A stretch of DNA of 64,000 nucleotides, from NCBI RefSeq assembly GCF_009914755.1, contig NC_060926.1; one strand, written 5' to 3'. The notes below the pieces were generated by a model that made no database searches, was not told where the DNA came from, and worked only from the letters and a program-made list of their open reading frames with translations. This stretch comes from the human T2T-CHM13v2.0 reference genome, Homo sapiens. Shown in pieces: positions 29,064 through 43,732 of the stretch. Position 1 is the first letter of the stretch. Each line of letters begins with the position of its first letter. The translations under genes were made by a program, and so were the position numbers.

Positions 29064-31943
29064 AAGTCCTTAAATTTTTCTTTTGAACAGAGATAAATCT
29101 TTACCAGAATTTTCTCCACTGGCAGAAATTATCACTAATTTTCTTAAAATGTGTAAGTAGTCTCTATATTGTTGACAATACCTTATTTCTAAATTAAAAA
29201 TAGAAAATAGTGATTCTAGTCCAGGATTTAATGATAATAACATATGATTTAATATTATTAAATTTCTCATTTAGATATGAGAAGAGAATATTCAAATCTG
29301 GCAGATTCTTACAAGATGTGTTATTAAAAACAGAAGTTATTTCCTTAAGTCTCAATATTATCCTTATTTTTAAAATACTTGGGGACACTGTTGGTGTCAG
29401 TGGGAAATTGGCACATAATTATATGTTCATTTCCAACTCAAGAGAAAAGGAATGAATTGGTAGCAAGGCTGTTAGAAGGTTCTAGAGGGAGGAAGTCATA
29501 TACCATAGATCCTCCTCCCATGAAGAGCTTTGCTTAAGACATTGTACACTTGTTCACAAAAATATGTCAACCTTTCAATCCACACATTTGATATTGAAAG
29601 CATAAGAATTTGCCCTTAACCATGATCCCAGAATACTTATACTTTGGACCCTTGTTAGAAACTATAACATCAATTATCTGTTTTCTGACTCTTACCAAAA
29701 GTTAGAAAAGCAGAGTTTATAAGAGGATATTTTGAGGGCATGCACTTCAGTCTTTTCAAAAGTTGTCCCACCATTATTGGATAAGCAGAAAGGTTTATCC
29801 TGGCATCACACTAGTTTTCTTCTCGCTGAGTATAGAAATTAGAAGTATACAATGGACAAATTCTGGAGAGACCCACTGCAGGTTGGATTTGATTATGATC
29901 TAATTGTTTTCACTGATATAGAATAAGAGGCTTTAGTTGAAAGCACATAAGTTTCTGTTAATAGTCTGGCCAAACAGTTGTAGTTTAAAACTAAAGACCA
30001 TCTAAATATGCATCTTTTGGATAGGAGAGAAGGAAAAAAATCTAAATTAAAAATTGGCTTCAAACTAAAGTTTAGAAAGGATTTTAAGTGAGATCATGTG
30101 GTTCAAACTAAACGTACACACAAATCACTATCTAAATTGTGACTATGAATCTTAGCACACAAATTACTAAACTAGAAAGTAGTTGGACAATTCTTTGCTC
30201 TCCGGGGAGTGCAAAAACCTCCAGGCCTGTGTCCAGTGGGCTGGATGCCTGGTTACCTTCAGACTGGCTGGACACTTGCTGTCATTACTGAAAGCCTATC
30301 AAGTGGGTCAGAGCTAGCTCTGGCAGGTGGGATCTGGGGAAGAGAGAAGACCATGTGACCAAGTTTGTTCATTCCAGAAGGCTACTCCACCTTTGCCAAG
30401 ATAAAGTATAGCTTATCTCTAGGAGGAAAAGAAAACTGTTTTAAGAATTGCTTATTAGGAAAAAAAAAGTTAGACCATTTACAGATTTTTAACAATATAT
30501 TTGTATTATATATAGAATATGTATGTGTATTTGTTTGTATATATGCCATATACATATATATTTTTCAAATTTTAAAGCATTTTTGTTCTTAGAGATGAAA
30601 CATCTTTAAATTTTTTTATAATAAAACATCCAAGTTGACTCAAAAAGAACACTAGACCCTTAGGTTTTGTCAGAAAATGCTAAAAGTAGTTGGCTTCAGG
30701 GCTGTATTGCATGATTGACCCTTATAGTCATTTTATGTCCCCTTGTGTCATGAAACCTCAGCTGCTTGCTTCTTTAGGCTATTGCAGCTGCTACTGACAC
30801 AGGATGGTAACGGAACATTGATACTACTGCAGGAAATCTCTTGCTCTGCTCACTACTTCTGGTCTCCTATGAAGAATTGGGCCACAGGGGCAAAATCTGG
30901 CTTCTTTTGAGGCTGCCAAAACACCAGTAGGCCCAGCCCCAAAGTGAGGCAAAGTATTAAATTTCCATGGAAAAATGTTTACCATGGGGAGACAGGAGGG
31001 AAGTGGGAAGCAGCAGGATGATTTTTCTCCTTTTCCTCCACTTATGAACAGTTCCAAAGCATGGTGTTATTATATAGCCTGATCAAAGACATCCTTATGG
31101 ATGTGCCTCTTCATGAAGCAGGCCAGCTTCATCATGCACTACTTGAATTTGTTTAACCTCTTCTCCAACCCACCTCACATTTCCCACTCATTTGTTGCTT
31201 TTGTGATTGCCTCAGGCTTTGTTTTCTAGTCAACCGTGGCCAAGGCTGGGGCATAATCCTTTAGCTACTGCTTGATAAAATAATTACCAAATCCTTTAAA
31301 TTCCAACCACATACCAACATTTCCTAACTATACTTTTTTCCCCAGGCTTTATTATCATTAAGAAAACACTAGATACAAGCAAGAGAAAAAATGGGGAAGA
31401 CTTAGTTGAAAAGAAGTACCAGTGGTTTTCTTTCATATATTTATTGATGATTTCTAATTTCTGGGTTTTTTTTCTTGCATATTTTTAGTTTCATTTTTTT
31501 TCCTGTAGTGCAGGTATATTCTTTATTTTAAAAACTGTTAAGAGAAAGCAAGTGAAAATATTTTATGCTTCATTTTTAAATATTAGATCTATTATTTATT
31601 TTTTCTAATGTACTTTAAAATATGTTTTACAAGACGTTTTGTTTTTCACTGTGGTATCTCTCAAGTACAAAACCAGAACTTAGTAGACATTCAACAAATG
31701 TTTGAATATGGAAATGTATTGAAGGAAGCTTATGAAATAGGTATTTTACTCATTTCCAAACTATAATTTTGGTCTCAACATCTCTGCCATATTACCTCTT
31801 CTTCTATTTTAACACCCTAGTCCAAATCCCTATCATCTCTTGTCTAGACAAAAGCATCCTAATTTCAATCACTGCTTCTACACTTGTCCTGCTCCTACTC
31901 CAGCTGGCAATCAGAATAATTCGTTAAAAGTTTAAATTAAGGC

Positions 31944-33883
31944 ATCCATAGAGGAAAAAAAGTAAAACCATCTTTTTTTTACTGAAAATGATTCTATATG
32001 CAGAAAACCCTAAAGACTCTAACAAAAGGCTACTAGAAATGATAAATGATTTTAGCAGGGTTTCAATATACCAAATCAATATCAGTAGCATTTCTATACC
32101 CCAATAACACACAGGCTGAGAGCCAAACCAGGAACACAATCCCATTTATAATAGCCACAAAAAAAATGAAATAAGTGGGAAGACAGCTAGCCAAGGAGGT
32201 AAAAGAGCTCTACAAGGAGAACTACAAAACACTGCTGGAAGAAATCAGTGATGACAGAAATAAATGGAAAAATGTTCCATGCTCATGGATTAGAAAAATT
32301 AATATTGTTAAAATGCCCATACTGCCCAAATAAATTTAAAGATTCAACATTATTCCTATCAAATTAACAATGTCATTCTTCACATAATTAGAAAAAAAAG
32401 ACTCTAAAATTCATACGAAACCAAAAAAGAGCCAAATTAGCCAAAGCAATACAAAGCAAAAAGAACAAAGCCAGAGGCATCACACTAGCCAACTTCAAAC
32501 TATACTATAAGGCTACCATAAGTAATCAAAACAGCACGGTACTGGACAAAAACAGATATATAGACCAATGGAACAGAATATAAAACTCAGAAATAAAGCA
32601 ACACACCTACAACCATGTGATCCTGAACAAGGTCCAACAAAAATGAGAACAAGCAATGGGGGAAAAACTCTCTATGCAATAAATGGTGCTGGGATAACTG
32701 GCTAGTCATATGCAGAAGAATGAAACTGGACACTTACCTTTCACCACATACAAAAATTAACACAATAGCGGTTGAAGATTTAAATGTAAGACTAAAATTA
32801 TAAAAAATCCTAGAAGAAAACCTAGAAAATGCCCTTCCTGACATCAGCCTTGGTGAAGAATTTATGATTAAGTTCACGAAAGCAATTGCAACAAAAACAG
32901 AACTTGACGAGTGGGACCTAATTAAAGAGTTTCTGCACAGCAAAAGAAACTACCAACAGAATAAACAAACAACCTACAGAATGGTAGAAAATAGGCACAA
33001 ACTGTGCATCAGACCAAGGTCTAACATCCAGAATCTATAAGGAACTTAAATCAATCAACAGGCAAAAATTAACCCCATTAAAAAGTGGGCAAAATAGATG
33101 AACAGACACTTCTCAAGAGAAGACATATAAGTGGCTAACAAACGTGAAAAAATGCTCATGATCACTAATCATCAGAGAAAAGCAAATGAAAACCACAATG
33201 AGATACCATCTCACACCAGTCAGAATGGCTATTATTAAAAAGTCAAAAAACAACACATGCTGTTGAGTCTGTGGAGAAAAGGGAATGCTTATACACTATT
33301 GGTGGGAATGTAAATTAGTTCACTATGAAAAGCAGTTTGGATATTTCTCAAAGAACTTAAAACAGTATGCTACCATTTGACTCAGAAATCCCATTGCTGA
33401 GTATATACTCAAAGGAAAACAGATCATTAGATCATTAGAAGTACATGCACTCATGTTCATCGCCACACTATTTATAATAGCAAAGACATGGAATCAACCT
33501 AGGGGTCCATCAGTGGTGGATTGAATAAAGAAAATGTGGTACATGTACACCATGGAATACCATGCAGCCATAAAAAATAATAAAATCATTTCCTTTGAAG
33601 CAGCATGGATGGAGCTGGAGGTCACGATCCTAAGCAAATTAATGCAGGAACAGAAAATCAAATAAGGCATGTTCTCGCTTATAAGTTAGAGCTAAACATT
33701 AAGCACACATGGACATAAACATGGGAACAATAGACATAGTGGACTAGTAGAGTCGGGAGAAAGGGAGGTGGATTGAAAAAGTACCTATTGGGTATTATGC
33801 TCGCTACTGGAATGCAATATACCCATGTGACAAACCTGCATTTGTACCTCTGTATTCAAAATAAAAGTTGACATTTTAAAAAA
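31944..33883 (+). mobile_element. 5'-truncated L1 (L1PB-like): 3' part of ORF2 plus 3'UTR, inserted in an L2
   Basis: Decayed ORF2 (CCATGCTCATGGATTAGAAAAATTAATATTGTTAAAATG; GAGATACCATCTCACACCAGTCAGAATGG) and a 3'UTR ending AAATAAAAGTTG plus A tail; flanked by L2-like sequence. Confidence 0.9.
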
Positions 33884-33885
33884 AG

Positions 33886-34450
33886 TAAATTCAAGTATGC
33901 CATTGCACTGCTTAATACGTCCAGAAAAAACTCAAGCCCCTTATCAAAGCCCATGCAATCTAGCCCCTGCTTGCCTCTGATCTTATTTCCCCCCATTCAC
34001 ACCAGGTTTTCTTTCCTCCAATGGGTGGCGTTCATTTCCATCTGAAGAGATTTGCACATACTGTTCCTTTTGTCTGCAGTGCTCAGACTCTGGGTCTTGA
34101 AATGACTCATTTTTGTGGTCATTTCAGCCTTACATTAGATATGACATCCTCAGCAAGGTTTTTCCCTAGCAAACCAATCCAATTTAACCCTCTCCCATCC
34201 TGTTCCTTATGGTCATTTCTTCTTGTAGTACCCTGGCTTCCTTTCATCCTAGAATTTACTGCTATCTGAAATTATATTGTTCATCTATTTGTTTAGCTTT
34301 TTAAGTATTCGGACATGGCTTTTGTTTCCTCACCCAGCATACAGACACTAGAATGTACACTCTGGGCAGGTGGGCATTATTTGAGTTTTGTACAACACCT
34401 GGAACAGTGCCCTGCATGCACCAGCCGCTGAATATATACTTGTCTCTATT
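33886..34450 (+). mobile_element. L2 fragment
   Basis: TTTGCACATACTGTTCCTTTTGTCTG...CACCTGGAACAGTGCC...CTGAATATATACTTG. Confidence 0.6.
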
Positions 34451-37400
34451 GGTTAAGGTAGCACTGGTATTTTGTAATTTCCTTTTAAAGTTCTTTCATC
34501 TTAGAAATGTTATTCTGAAACCTCACACAGCTTTAATCTGAATCCAGTGAAAGATAAAGAAACGCTAATGAAACCCTTCCTTAAGAAGTGTGCTGCATCA
34601 CAAAACTAAATAATATTCAGCTATTTATTTGGGGAAAAATGGGCTAAGTAGTAAGAAGACCCTTAGGAAGAACTAACTGTTCACTGCTTAAAAATCTCAC
34701 ATTGTTTTGCTTGTTGATAACCTTTTTAAAATGCACATACAAATCTTTCTGGAATTTCAAAATGCATTAGTACTTTTACATTTTGTGGTCAGTGTTTTCT
34801 ATGTCTAGTGAAAATCTTCAAGTTGAGATAATCCTGGTTCAGGTTTTCTTGGAAGCAAATACTTGATATATTTCTCTGTAACATAAGACTGAGTTTCCCC
34901 AAAGCAATTTCATCAAGTTAATTGCTCCACCGTCATCTAAAAGATCTTTCTTCCCCATTGCTTTTATCAGGAACTTGACATCATCAGACAGTAAATCAAG
35001 AGGTACTGACAACTGAGACTGAGTGATGGTCCCTGCCTAGGATTTGGAATCTTTGCATGAAATAGGGACTCTAGCCACCAGCGACAAAGAAGTCAGGGAG
35101 ACTGCGGTCTCTAGGAAGCACTTCCAGGAAACAGGAATTCAGGTCAGTGATCAAAATTATTAATAGCTTTGGAAGCTACATTAACATTTTAGTTTCTTCT
35201 AACTTATTTGCTTGCCACTCTCTCAAAACATACAGAACTTTCATGCACCCTTAAAAGTAACACAAAATAGAATTATATATATCCCAGTTCCCAGTTCATT
35301 GCCATGGGAATTTGCTATAAGAACATTCTCCTTAGTAGAAATAATTTTTTTATTGTGAAACCATCACTACAAAACTTCTTTATAATGTTTTCTTTATTTT
35401 TCTGTGGAAGAAGGTGCTCTATAGAGAGTCAGTAAAATTACTAGCCTTCATATTGGTTTAATATCTGCAAATGGAATTAAGACACTTTAGTGTGCCCTTC
35501 AGTCCAATGCTACCACTTCCTGGTCATGTTTAAATTGGTTTTAATTGCTTCAATGTCTGCTGATGGCAATATCCATGTTAAACAATGATTTTGGGACACG
35601 TGAAAATGCTTTTACCAATGTTTTTGTCTTGAGTCTCCAATGCTGCCTTGATGGAGGGGAAATAAGTATAAGATATTGGACATGTTCTGTGTGCACTGAA
35701 GAAAACATTTAAATGTAGTTGTTTTGGAGAAGGCATAATGTTCAGATGTCTTAATTGCTTTGTATTTTTACTTTTCTTTAGTGTACTCTGACTATAGTGA
35801 GCTTCACTTTGCAGTAGAGCACTACTTTTAAATTTCCTTTTATATCACAGCTAGTTGGTAGGAAGGAAAGACAGATATGGATCCATCTTTCTATTTAATC
35901 CTTGGAGTACCATAAAAACTCCCTAGTCTTATTCTTTAGTCCCTTTGCTCCACAAAGTAAAATAATTTCATACACATTTGATCACTCCACAACAATAAAT
36001 TAACAGGTACAAATATCATTTTTAGAAGTCAAGTTCCAGATATTTAATTAGGGATTTAAAGATTTCTGATCAACCAGTTTAATGATGTCTGTTCTCTAAC
36101 TGAAGTACCATATTTACCTATAAAAATGGGACTTATTTATTATCTTCTTGTTTCTTGTGTTTATTTAAAAAATTGAGCAAATGCTCACTGTTTTCTGACT
36201 CTGTTTCCCCTACAAAGAAAAAAAAGTACTGATATTTTTGGTCTTCACTTCATGTTCTAGTAATCTTAAATTTTTTGGCCTAGGTTTATTATACTCACTA
36301 GTAAGATAAATTATCTTGCTCAGTTCTGAGCAGCATATGCAACCACAATTATTCTTTAAAATATGTAAATACTGAGACTAGCTCTCCTCACTCTAAAATA
36401 ATCTTACTTTCTCAATAACTTTTCTCTGTCTCCAAGAAGACACGAGAATTTTGGGCCCCACTGCTAAGAGTAGAATAATTAGAATTTTCTTGCAGAGTAA
36501 GCTTCATACTTACTATCCTTTAAAATAATAGAAGCAGTGAAAAGTAATGCAAGCATGAGAAATACATACTGCAGATAAATTATTCTTTGTAAAAACTTTA
36601 TATGATCAAATTCTGCTTTATTTATTCTTAGTCTTAAGGTATTATTCTTTTCCCGAAGTAAAATCAGTTGGCAAATGTTTTGTAGATTTATTAGTATATC
36701 TAGATACTGAATTTTAAAAACAACCATTTTTAAGTACTTAGGATTTGCTTAGAGATGCCTGATGCATAACTGTGCAGCTTTATATCACCCAGTGCCTGTA
36801 TCCTTGAGTACATTTCTGTGTAACCCACATGCCACTTGGTTTCACCAACTCTGGGCATTAGGGATTTATGTTAGTTACAGCATTGCTATATTTTATTAAT
36901 TTGACTTTTTCCCATCTACACTGTAAAACACTTACCTTCCCCATACAAAGCTCTCATTCAATGTGAACCAGTAGGAATAATTACCAATGTGACCTCAGAG
37001 GAGAATCTAAGTAGACAGTGAGGCTTGGATCCTGGAGGCATCCTCACCTGGCAAACTGCCCACTCCGCATTCATAATTGACTTGACTGTGCCTTCTGCCC
37101 AAAAGGTCATATCTATACTATGGAGCTGCCTACATCTACCTTAAAGCCTCAGTAGAGTATTCCAATTTTAAATAAACCCTTCGCCCTATGCTCATTCCAC
37201 CTGCTTTATTTCTAAACTGATGATAGGATTCATTCACCAGAATGAACACTGATCCATAAAACCTCACAGATATATGAATTGGACTATAATTTACATCAGT
37301 TCTTCCTGTTGTGCCTTCTTTGGAAGCCTTGTTTCCATTATTCCCCTTTTGATGAGTGCCAGATTTACTTTGGGAAAATTACTTCTTCTCATTTTTGTAT

Positions 37401-40247
37401 AGTCAAGATGTCTTGCTCTCTGCTGCCTGAGGGGAAGAGAAAACAACTCAGGTGGGGCCACCTTGATTTTTTTTTTTTCTCTCTGAAGACTAAGAACTTG
37501 AGCAGAGTGAATACAAGGAAAAAAGTGGTGGCACTCAAACTGGTCTGCTACCTGGAATCTTTACAGCCTTGTTTTTATCTTTTTTTTTTTTCTGAGTCAT
37601 CTTCTTTAGCTCTCCCATGAATTTTGAACTACAAAATATTCTTGCAGTACATTATTTTCTGCTTAAGCAAGTCAGAGTTGATTTTTATTGTTCATATCCA
37701 AATTATCCAAGCTTAAATATATGCTTTCTTGAATGTAACTCTGAACTGCATATATATTCTTTATGGAATTTATTCAATATAATTATTTATGAATGAGCAC
37801 TTTGGGGTAATTTTTGACAGTTTTCAGAGATGGTTTCACAGACGGAACTGCCAACTTAGATTTTAGGCCTACTTAAAGAGAAGAGTGAATTAACAGAACA
37901 TATTTCTGGTCATGCAATAAATAATTTTTGTTGTTGAGAATGATGGTAAGAGGAGTTTAAAAATATAAATAAATAAATAAATGATAAATAAATATTTTGG
38001 GTGCCCATAAAGAGTATATTTTTATGTTTGATTAAGAGGGAGATATTATGTGATAAAAGAGATAAATCTCCATACTGAAGAAAGTATTAGACACAACTGT
38101 AGAAAGTTAAATAAAATGTATGTCCTTATAAATTATAGTACAAAAATGCAAAAAACAATCATAGGCCATCATATGATCCATTGCCAAATGAAGGCTAGAG
38201 ATAACAGATGCTGTGATGTCAGAGGGAGCTATGACACCCGTGTGCTAAAGTTATCTGGAAAAGTTTCATAGCAGCCTAGAGGAGATTGGATTAAACTAGG
38301 CCCAAAAGGATAAGGTTTCCAGTGAGTATCCCCCAGTCCTGCAAAGGATGCCAAACCACAAGAAGGGGACAGCTCTAAAGGGTACATAATATTATAACAA
38401 TACCCTTGAACTGGCCTTTCTGATGACAAAGTGATACCTCATTTAATTTTTTCTTCATCCACCAACTAAACTCTCACATTTGCTTTCTGACTTGCTCAGA
38501 TTGTCTGATTTGGTAAGTCATTTTATCAAATCTCAGAGTTCTTAATCCTCCCACTTTAGCTGCAAGTTAAGAATTGCCTTCTTCTTGCAATATTGATTTT
38601 GGAGTGTCCTCCTAGTAATGCCCTTCTCACTGGCTCCTCTCCTGAAATAATTGGCTCCTCTCTTTTTTGAGCAGCATCTTCTGGGCACATGCCAAGCTTC
38701 TCTCCTTGACAGTCTCCAAGGGCTGTACTCAGATAACTGGGAGGACTTGGGTAGACTGAGGGAAAGACACTTCAGAGTGATAAAGTAAAGGGAAAACTGC
38801 ATAAGCCAGAGGGTAGATGCATAAAAGTATATAATACATTCAGGGGAGCAGCTCTGACTGATTGGAGTGACAGGATGGAATGGGGGAATAGCAGAGGATT
38901 AAAATAATAAAACAGGTTAGAGTTAGTTTATGAGTCTAGCACCCAAATGATGTCTGGTTTTCATTCTGTAGGTAATGGGAGCATAGTCAATGTCTTTAAT
39001 CAGCACCATCTATATGAACATTGGGCTTTAGAAAGATTCATTTGGAAATGTTATGGCAAATAGATTGAAAACAGGAAGCTCTTGCAACAACCTAGATAGG
39101 AAGAGATGAGGACCTTGGCTGAGATAGTGACAATGAGGATGAAAATAAATGACTGACAGTCAAAGGCATACTAATGTTCTTAAGAGCCCCAGATGGTTTT
39201 TATTGTGCTGTGCTTACATAGAATAAATTACCAGTAACTATTCTGAAGCTAGTTATTTTGTAGTTTTAATTAAAGCTTTTCAAGATCCATTTATTAAGGC
39301 AAGGAAGGTACACAAATCACTGAAGTGAGCCTTGGAAAATAAGATAGTGTTCATGTTGCTGCCATATACAGAAAGACAAATGCCATATAATTTTCCATTG
39401 ATCCTGAACAGGGGAGAGTTGGCAAATAAGCCTTACATAATAGAGACAGGCCTGGGTGTGCCCCTCCCTGTATTGTCATCATCACTCTCATCTTCCACCT
39501 CCCACTTTTGGGTGCATGGGCATAATGTCCAGGGGAGATGGTCTGGTTTGTTTAATGTAATCCTGTAAAGTTTTTTCTTTTTCTTTCTTTCTTTTTTTTT
39601 TTTTTGATAAGCTAGAGTATATCTCCTTTCTCTGCTGATAAAAGCAACTCATAATTAGTTTAATTTTAAAAAGTTTAGACAAAAATGAAATTCATAAAAG
39701 TATAAAAAATTAGAAAAAAAATAGCCAATCCTACCACCTAGACATATTAGTATATGGTATATATGTTTCTAGATATTTTAAATGAATTTACATATACATG
39801 AACTTATAAGATTTTTTAAAAGATGAAAAGTGCTTAAAATACATAGAAATATTTTCAACCCCCTTTTGGGAAATATTTTCAAAAACATATACATACACTT
39901 ATTCTAATTATGATCATATGAAGAGTACATAAATGTGAGGTAGCTTAGGATGGAACTTTGAATCTCATGGGGGCCTGCCCTTAGGACCAGAGAGCTGGTT
40001 TAATAAATGTTTGTGATTGAGGTTTTCTGTATACATTTTGTTTAGGAGTGTCTTCTCCAGCAGAATTGACATTTGGAAGTAGGACCATCTAATGGTTTTA
40101 TCTTTGGTACTGCTAAGAAGCAGCATGCAAAAGCCAGCTTTATTGTTCTGTTTGCCCAGTGAAATAAATAAAATAGCATACACCGCATCCATATCTGGCC
40201 CTGGGAATGGGACTCTTTAATCAACATCAATGCCTTCGCTGCTGATA

Positions 40248-40309
40248 GAGCGAGCGAGAGACAGAGAGAGAGAGACAGAGAGAGAGAGAGACAGAGAGAG
40301 AAAGAGAGA
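40248..40309. repeat. Imperfect (GA)n / (GAGACA) microsatellite
   Basis: Read directly from the sequence. Confidence 0.9.
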
Positions 40310-41100
40310 TATCTGTAAGATGAACCAAATATAGCACTGAGCTAACTGACAGCTGACAGTTTTAATAAATAAATTCTTTTAGGTTACTGTATTACACCAC
40401 AACCCTAACCAGACCACATGAAAACACAAACATCAAATTTATCTACATAGAAAAAAAAATGACTGGAAGGAAATGCAATCCTTTTTTTTCTCAAGGGAAT
40501 ATGACTTCATTTTTTTCTTCTTTTTGGGTTTCTGTGTTTTTCAAATTTCAACAGAGAACATGTTATGCTTGCAATCTGTAGAATTAATAGTTGACATTAA
40601 GGGAATAACAATAGACATTATGGAAATGTGTGTTTCTGCACTGCAATATGTTCTCCAAATAGGCAATTCAGATCCCTTTGAAATGACTAGTATGCTTTGT
40701 CTGGCCTGGTGTAATGTGTTTAAGAAGCATGCCTGAGCTGGCCAGACTGCAGCGGACTGGTTTGTGATCAAAGTCTAGTGAACCTGTACTGAGATTTGAT
40801 TCATGGATGCTCTAACTTTAGTTTATATCAAACCAGCAACAAACAGTATAAAGGATAGAAAGCTGATACAGATACAAGTGAGTGAGAAGATGCAGCTCCT
40901 CACAGCCTTTTTCATTCTGGGCACACACACAATGAGCCACCTACAAGCTGAGTGTGCAACCCATGAGGTCGCAGGAGTCCAGAGCTGTGGGCTGGCCGCC
41001 TCTCATATCTTTGGAAGCCAAATCACAATTTAAGACTTACCTACTGTCATATAGCACGTTCCTTCCTGTTGACAGTTACATACTTTCTAGATCAATTTCT

Positions 41101-42579
41101 TATATTTTCCATTTTTAATTTTTGTGAGGACATAGTAAGTATATATATTTATGCAGTACATGAGATGTTCTGATACAGACATACAATGCATAATTATCAC
41201 ATCATGGCAGATGGGTTATCCAACTCCTCGAGCATATATCCTTTGTGTTACAAACAATCTAATCACATTCTTTTAGTTATTTTAAAATGTACAATTAAAT
41301 TATTATTGACTACAGTCACCCTGTTGTGCTATCAAACACTAGGTCTTATTCATTCATTTTAACTATTTGTCTCTTCCCCTCAGACTCCTCTCTCCCCACT
41401 GTCCTTCCCAGCCTCTAGTAACCATCCTTCTACTCTCAAACTTCGTGGGTACAGTAGTTTTCATTTTTATATCCCACAAATAAGTGACAACATGGATGTT
41501 TGTCTTTCTGTGCCTGGCTTATTCATTTAACATAATGACCTCCAGTTCCATCCATGTTGCTGCAAATGACTGAATTCATTCTCTTTTTTTTTTGTGGCTG
41601 AAGAGTACCCCTTTGTGTATAAGAATCATACTTTCTTAATCCATTTATCTGTTTAAAGACATTTGGGTTGCTTCCAAATCACGGCTATTGTGAACAGAGC
41701 TGTAGCAAACATGGGAGTGCAGGTATCTCTTTGATATATTAATTTTCTTTCTTTTGCGTGTATACCCAACAGTGGGGTTGCTGGATCGTATGGTAGCTTT
41801 ATTTTTAGTTTTCTGAGGAATTTTCAAATGGTTCTCCATAGTGATTGTACTAATTTACATTCCCACCAACAGTGTATGAAGGTGTCCTTTTCTCCACAGC
41901 TAACATTTGTTATTGCCTGTCTTTTGGATGTAAGCCATTTTAACTGGGGTGAGATATCATCTCATTGCAGTTTTTGATTTGCAGTTTTCTGATGATCAGT
42001 GATGTTGAGTACATTTTCATGTACCTGTTTGTCATTTGTATGTCTTCTTTTGAGAAATTTCTATTCAAATATTTTGTCTATTTTTTATTCAGTTTATTAG
42101 ACTTTTTCAAACAGAGATATTTAAGTTCCTTGTATATTCTGATTATTAATCCCTTGTTAGATGGGTAGTTTGCAGAATAGAGAGCTCAGAACCAAATACA
42201 CACACCTACAGTAAACTCATTTTCGATAAAGGTGCCAAGAACATGCAATGTGGAAAAGGCAGTCTCTTCAATAGACGGTGTTGAGAAAACTGGATATCTA
42301 TATGCAGACAAATAAAACTAGACCCCTATTCTTCACTATATCTAAAAATCAAATTAAAATCAATTAAATAATTAAATATATGAATTCAAGCTATGGAACT
42401 GCTACAAGAAAACATTAAGGAAACTCTCCAAGACTTTGGTACGGGCAAAGATTTCTTGAGGAATACCCCACAAGAACAGGCAACCAAATCAAAGACGGAC
42501 AAATGGGATCACATCAAGCTAAAAAAAAAACTGCACAGCAAAGGAAACAGTGAACAAAGTGGAGAGACTACCCGCAGAG
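41101..42579 (-). mobile_element. L1MA-type element with a twin-priming 5' inversion (minus arm 41101-~42175, plus arm ~42176-42579)
   Basis: Minus-strand L1MA 3' end; the plus-strand ORF2 segment ends just upstream (in L1 coordinates) of where the minus arm begins. TSD TAGATCAATTTCT (41088-41100) / TAGATCCGTTTCT (42580-42592). Confidence 0.85.
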
Positions 42580-43664
42580 TAGATCCGTTTCTCTTCAACA
42601 ATCCTACAGGTGGCCTTTTACAGTGAGGTCCATGGAACTTAAATGTGTTTACTGAGATGTTCCTGACTTGGCTTCTCTCACTGTTCTTTTAAGTACAGAT
42701 ACCTGTACTGTGTAAGTATTGTGTCAATATAAAATAAATCCCCAGAAAACCAAACATTGTTAAAATGTGTCCTAACAATTCGGGGTGAGGAGAAGGATTC
42801 AGACACATGAAATTTAAACAATGACCAAAGTAAAATTCTCAGTGAAGAAGTTAGTCAAGTTTGTGAAAGTTTCTGAATAAAAAGTTATGTTATTCTTTTT
42901 GACTCGTACTGATTTATTTCTGCAGTATGAGACTTAACTGCATTTTGTAACATGGTAAGTCTATTTCAATGGCCAGAAGATGGAGCCATTATATAAAGAA
43001 TTTTAAAAACTTACATCCCCAAAAAAACTACGTTTCTCTTTTTACTAAATAATTATTTTAAAACATCTTATGGAATCAGAGTAGTCTGAGTATCTTTTTG
43101 CTTTTAACAATGAAAAAGAAGTAATATTTTATCCTCACATATGCAGAGAAGTAATATATTTTTAGGCAATTAGCACCTACATAAGTGAGCATATTCATAG
43201 AGGATTCATTGCTTCTGTCCTCAATGAGTGAATTATATTAGGAGAGATACCCGTAAGGTAATAATAGAATAAGCTGTTGCATGTTTATACTGTAGAATTA
43301 TAATCACATTGGTTACTTTGGACCCTGGAAAACTTTATCAAGCAGGTGGCATATGAGCTGCTACTCTTTAACAATATTATTTGGGATTCTCGTATAACAG
43401 GTAATCTGGGACTGTATTTTGACAATGAGAGGTGCTCTAATTAAAAAATAATCTATTATGTACCATCTATAAACACCATCTTCCTATACATTAATAATAA
43501 TTCTTCTCTATGACCTTTTGAGCGTTTCCAAGCATTTTCCAAGTTCTTTCATATACTGCTCATAATAATCTATACTTACCTACAACAGGAGACAAAACAA
43601 AGAAGTTAAATGTCATATTTAACTAAGATCACACAGTCAGTAAGTAGCAGAGACTGAGACCCAA

Positions 43665-43732
43665 AGAGGCACTGACATAGAGGAGAAACTCATAGAGGCA
43701 CTGACATAGAGGAGAAACTCATAGAGGCACTG
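43665..43732. repeat. Tandem repeat, 29-bp unit AGAGGCACTGACATAGAGGAGAAACTCAT x2.3
   Basis: Read directly from the sequence; copies are identical. Confidence 0.92.

Noticed and set aside
30270-31260. Possible old LTR fragments (also 190-460 and 28225-28580)
   Set aside because: LTR-like in composition but too degraded to assign a family or boundaries by eye.
43665-43732. 29-bp repeats as a CRISPR-like array
   Set aside because: Head-to-tail copies without spacers, in eukaryotic DNA, with no cas genes.
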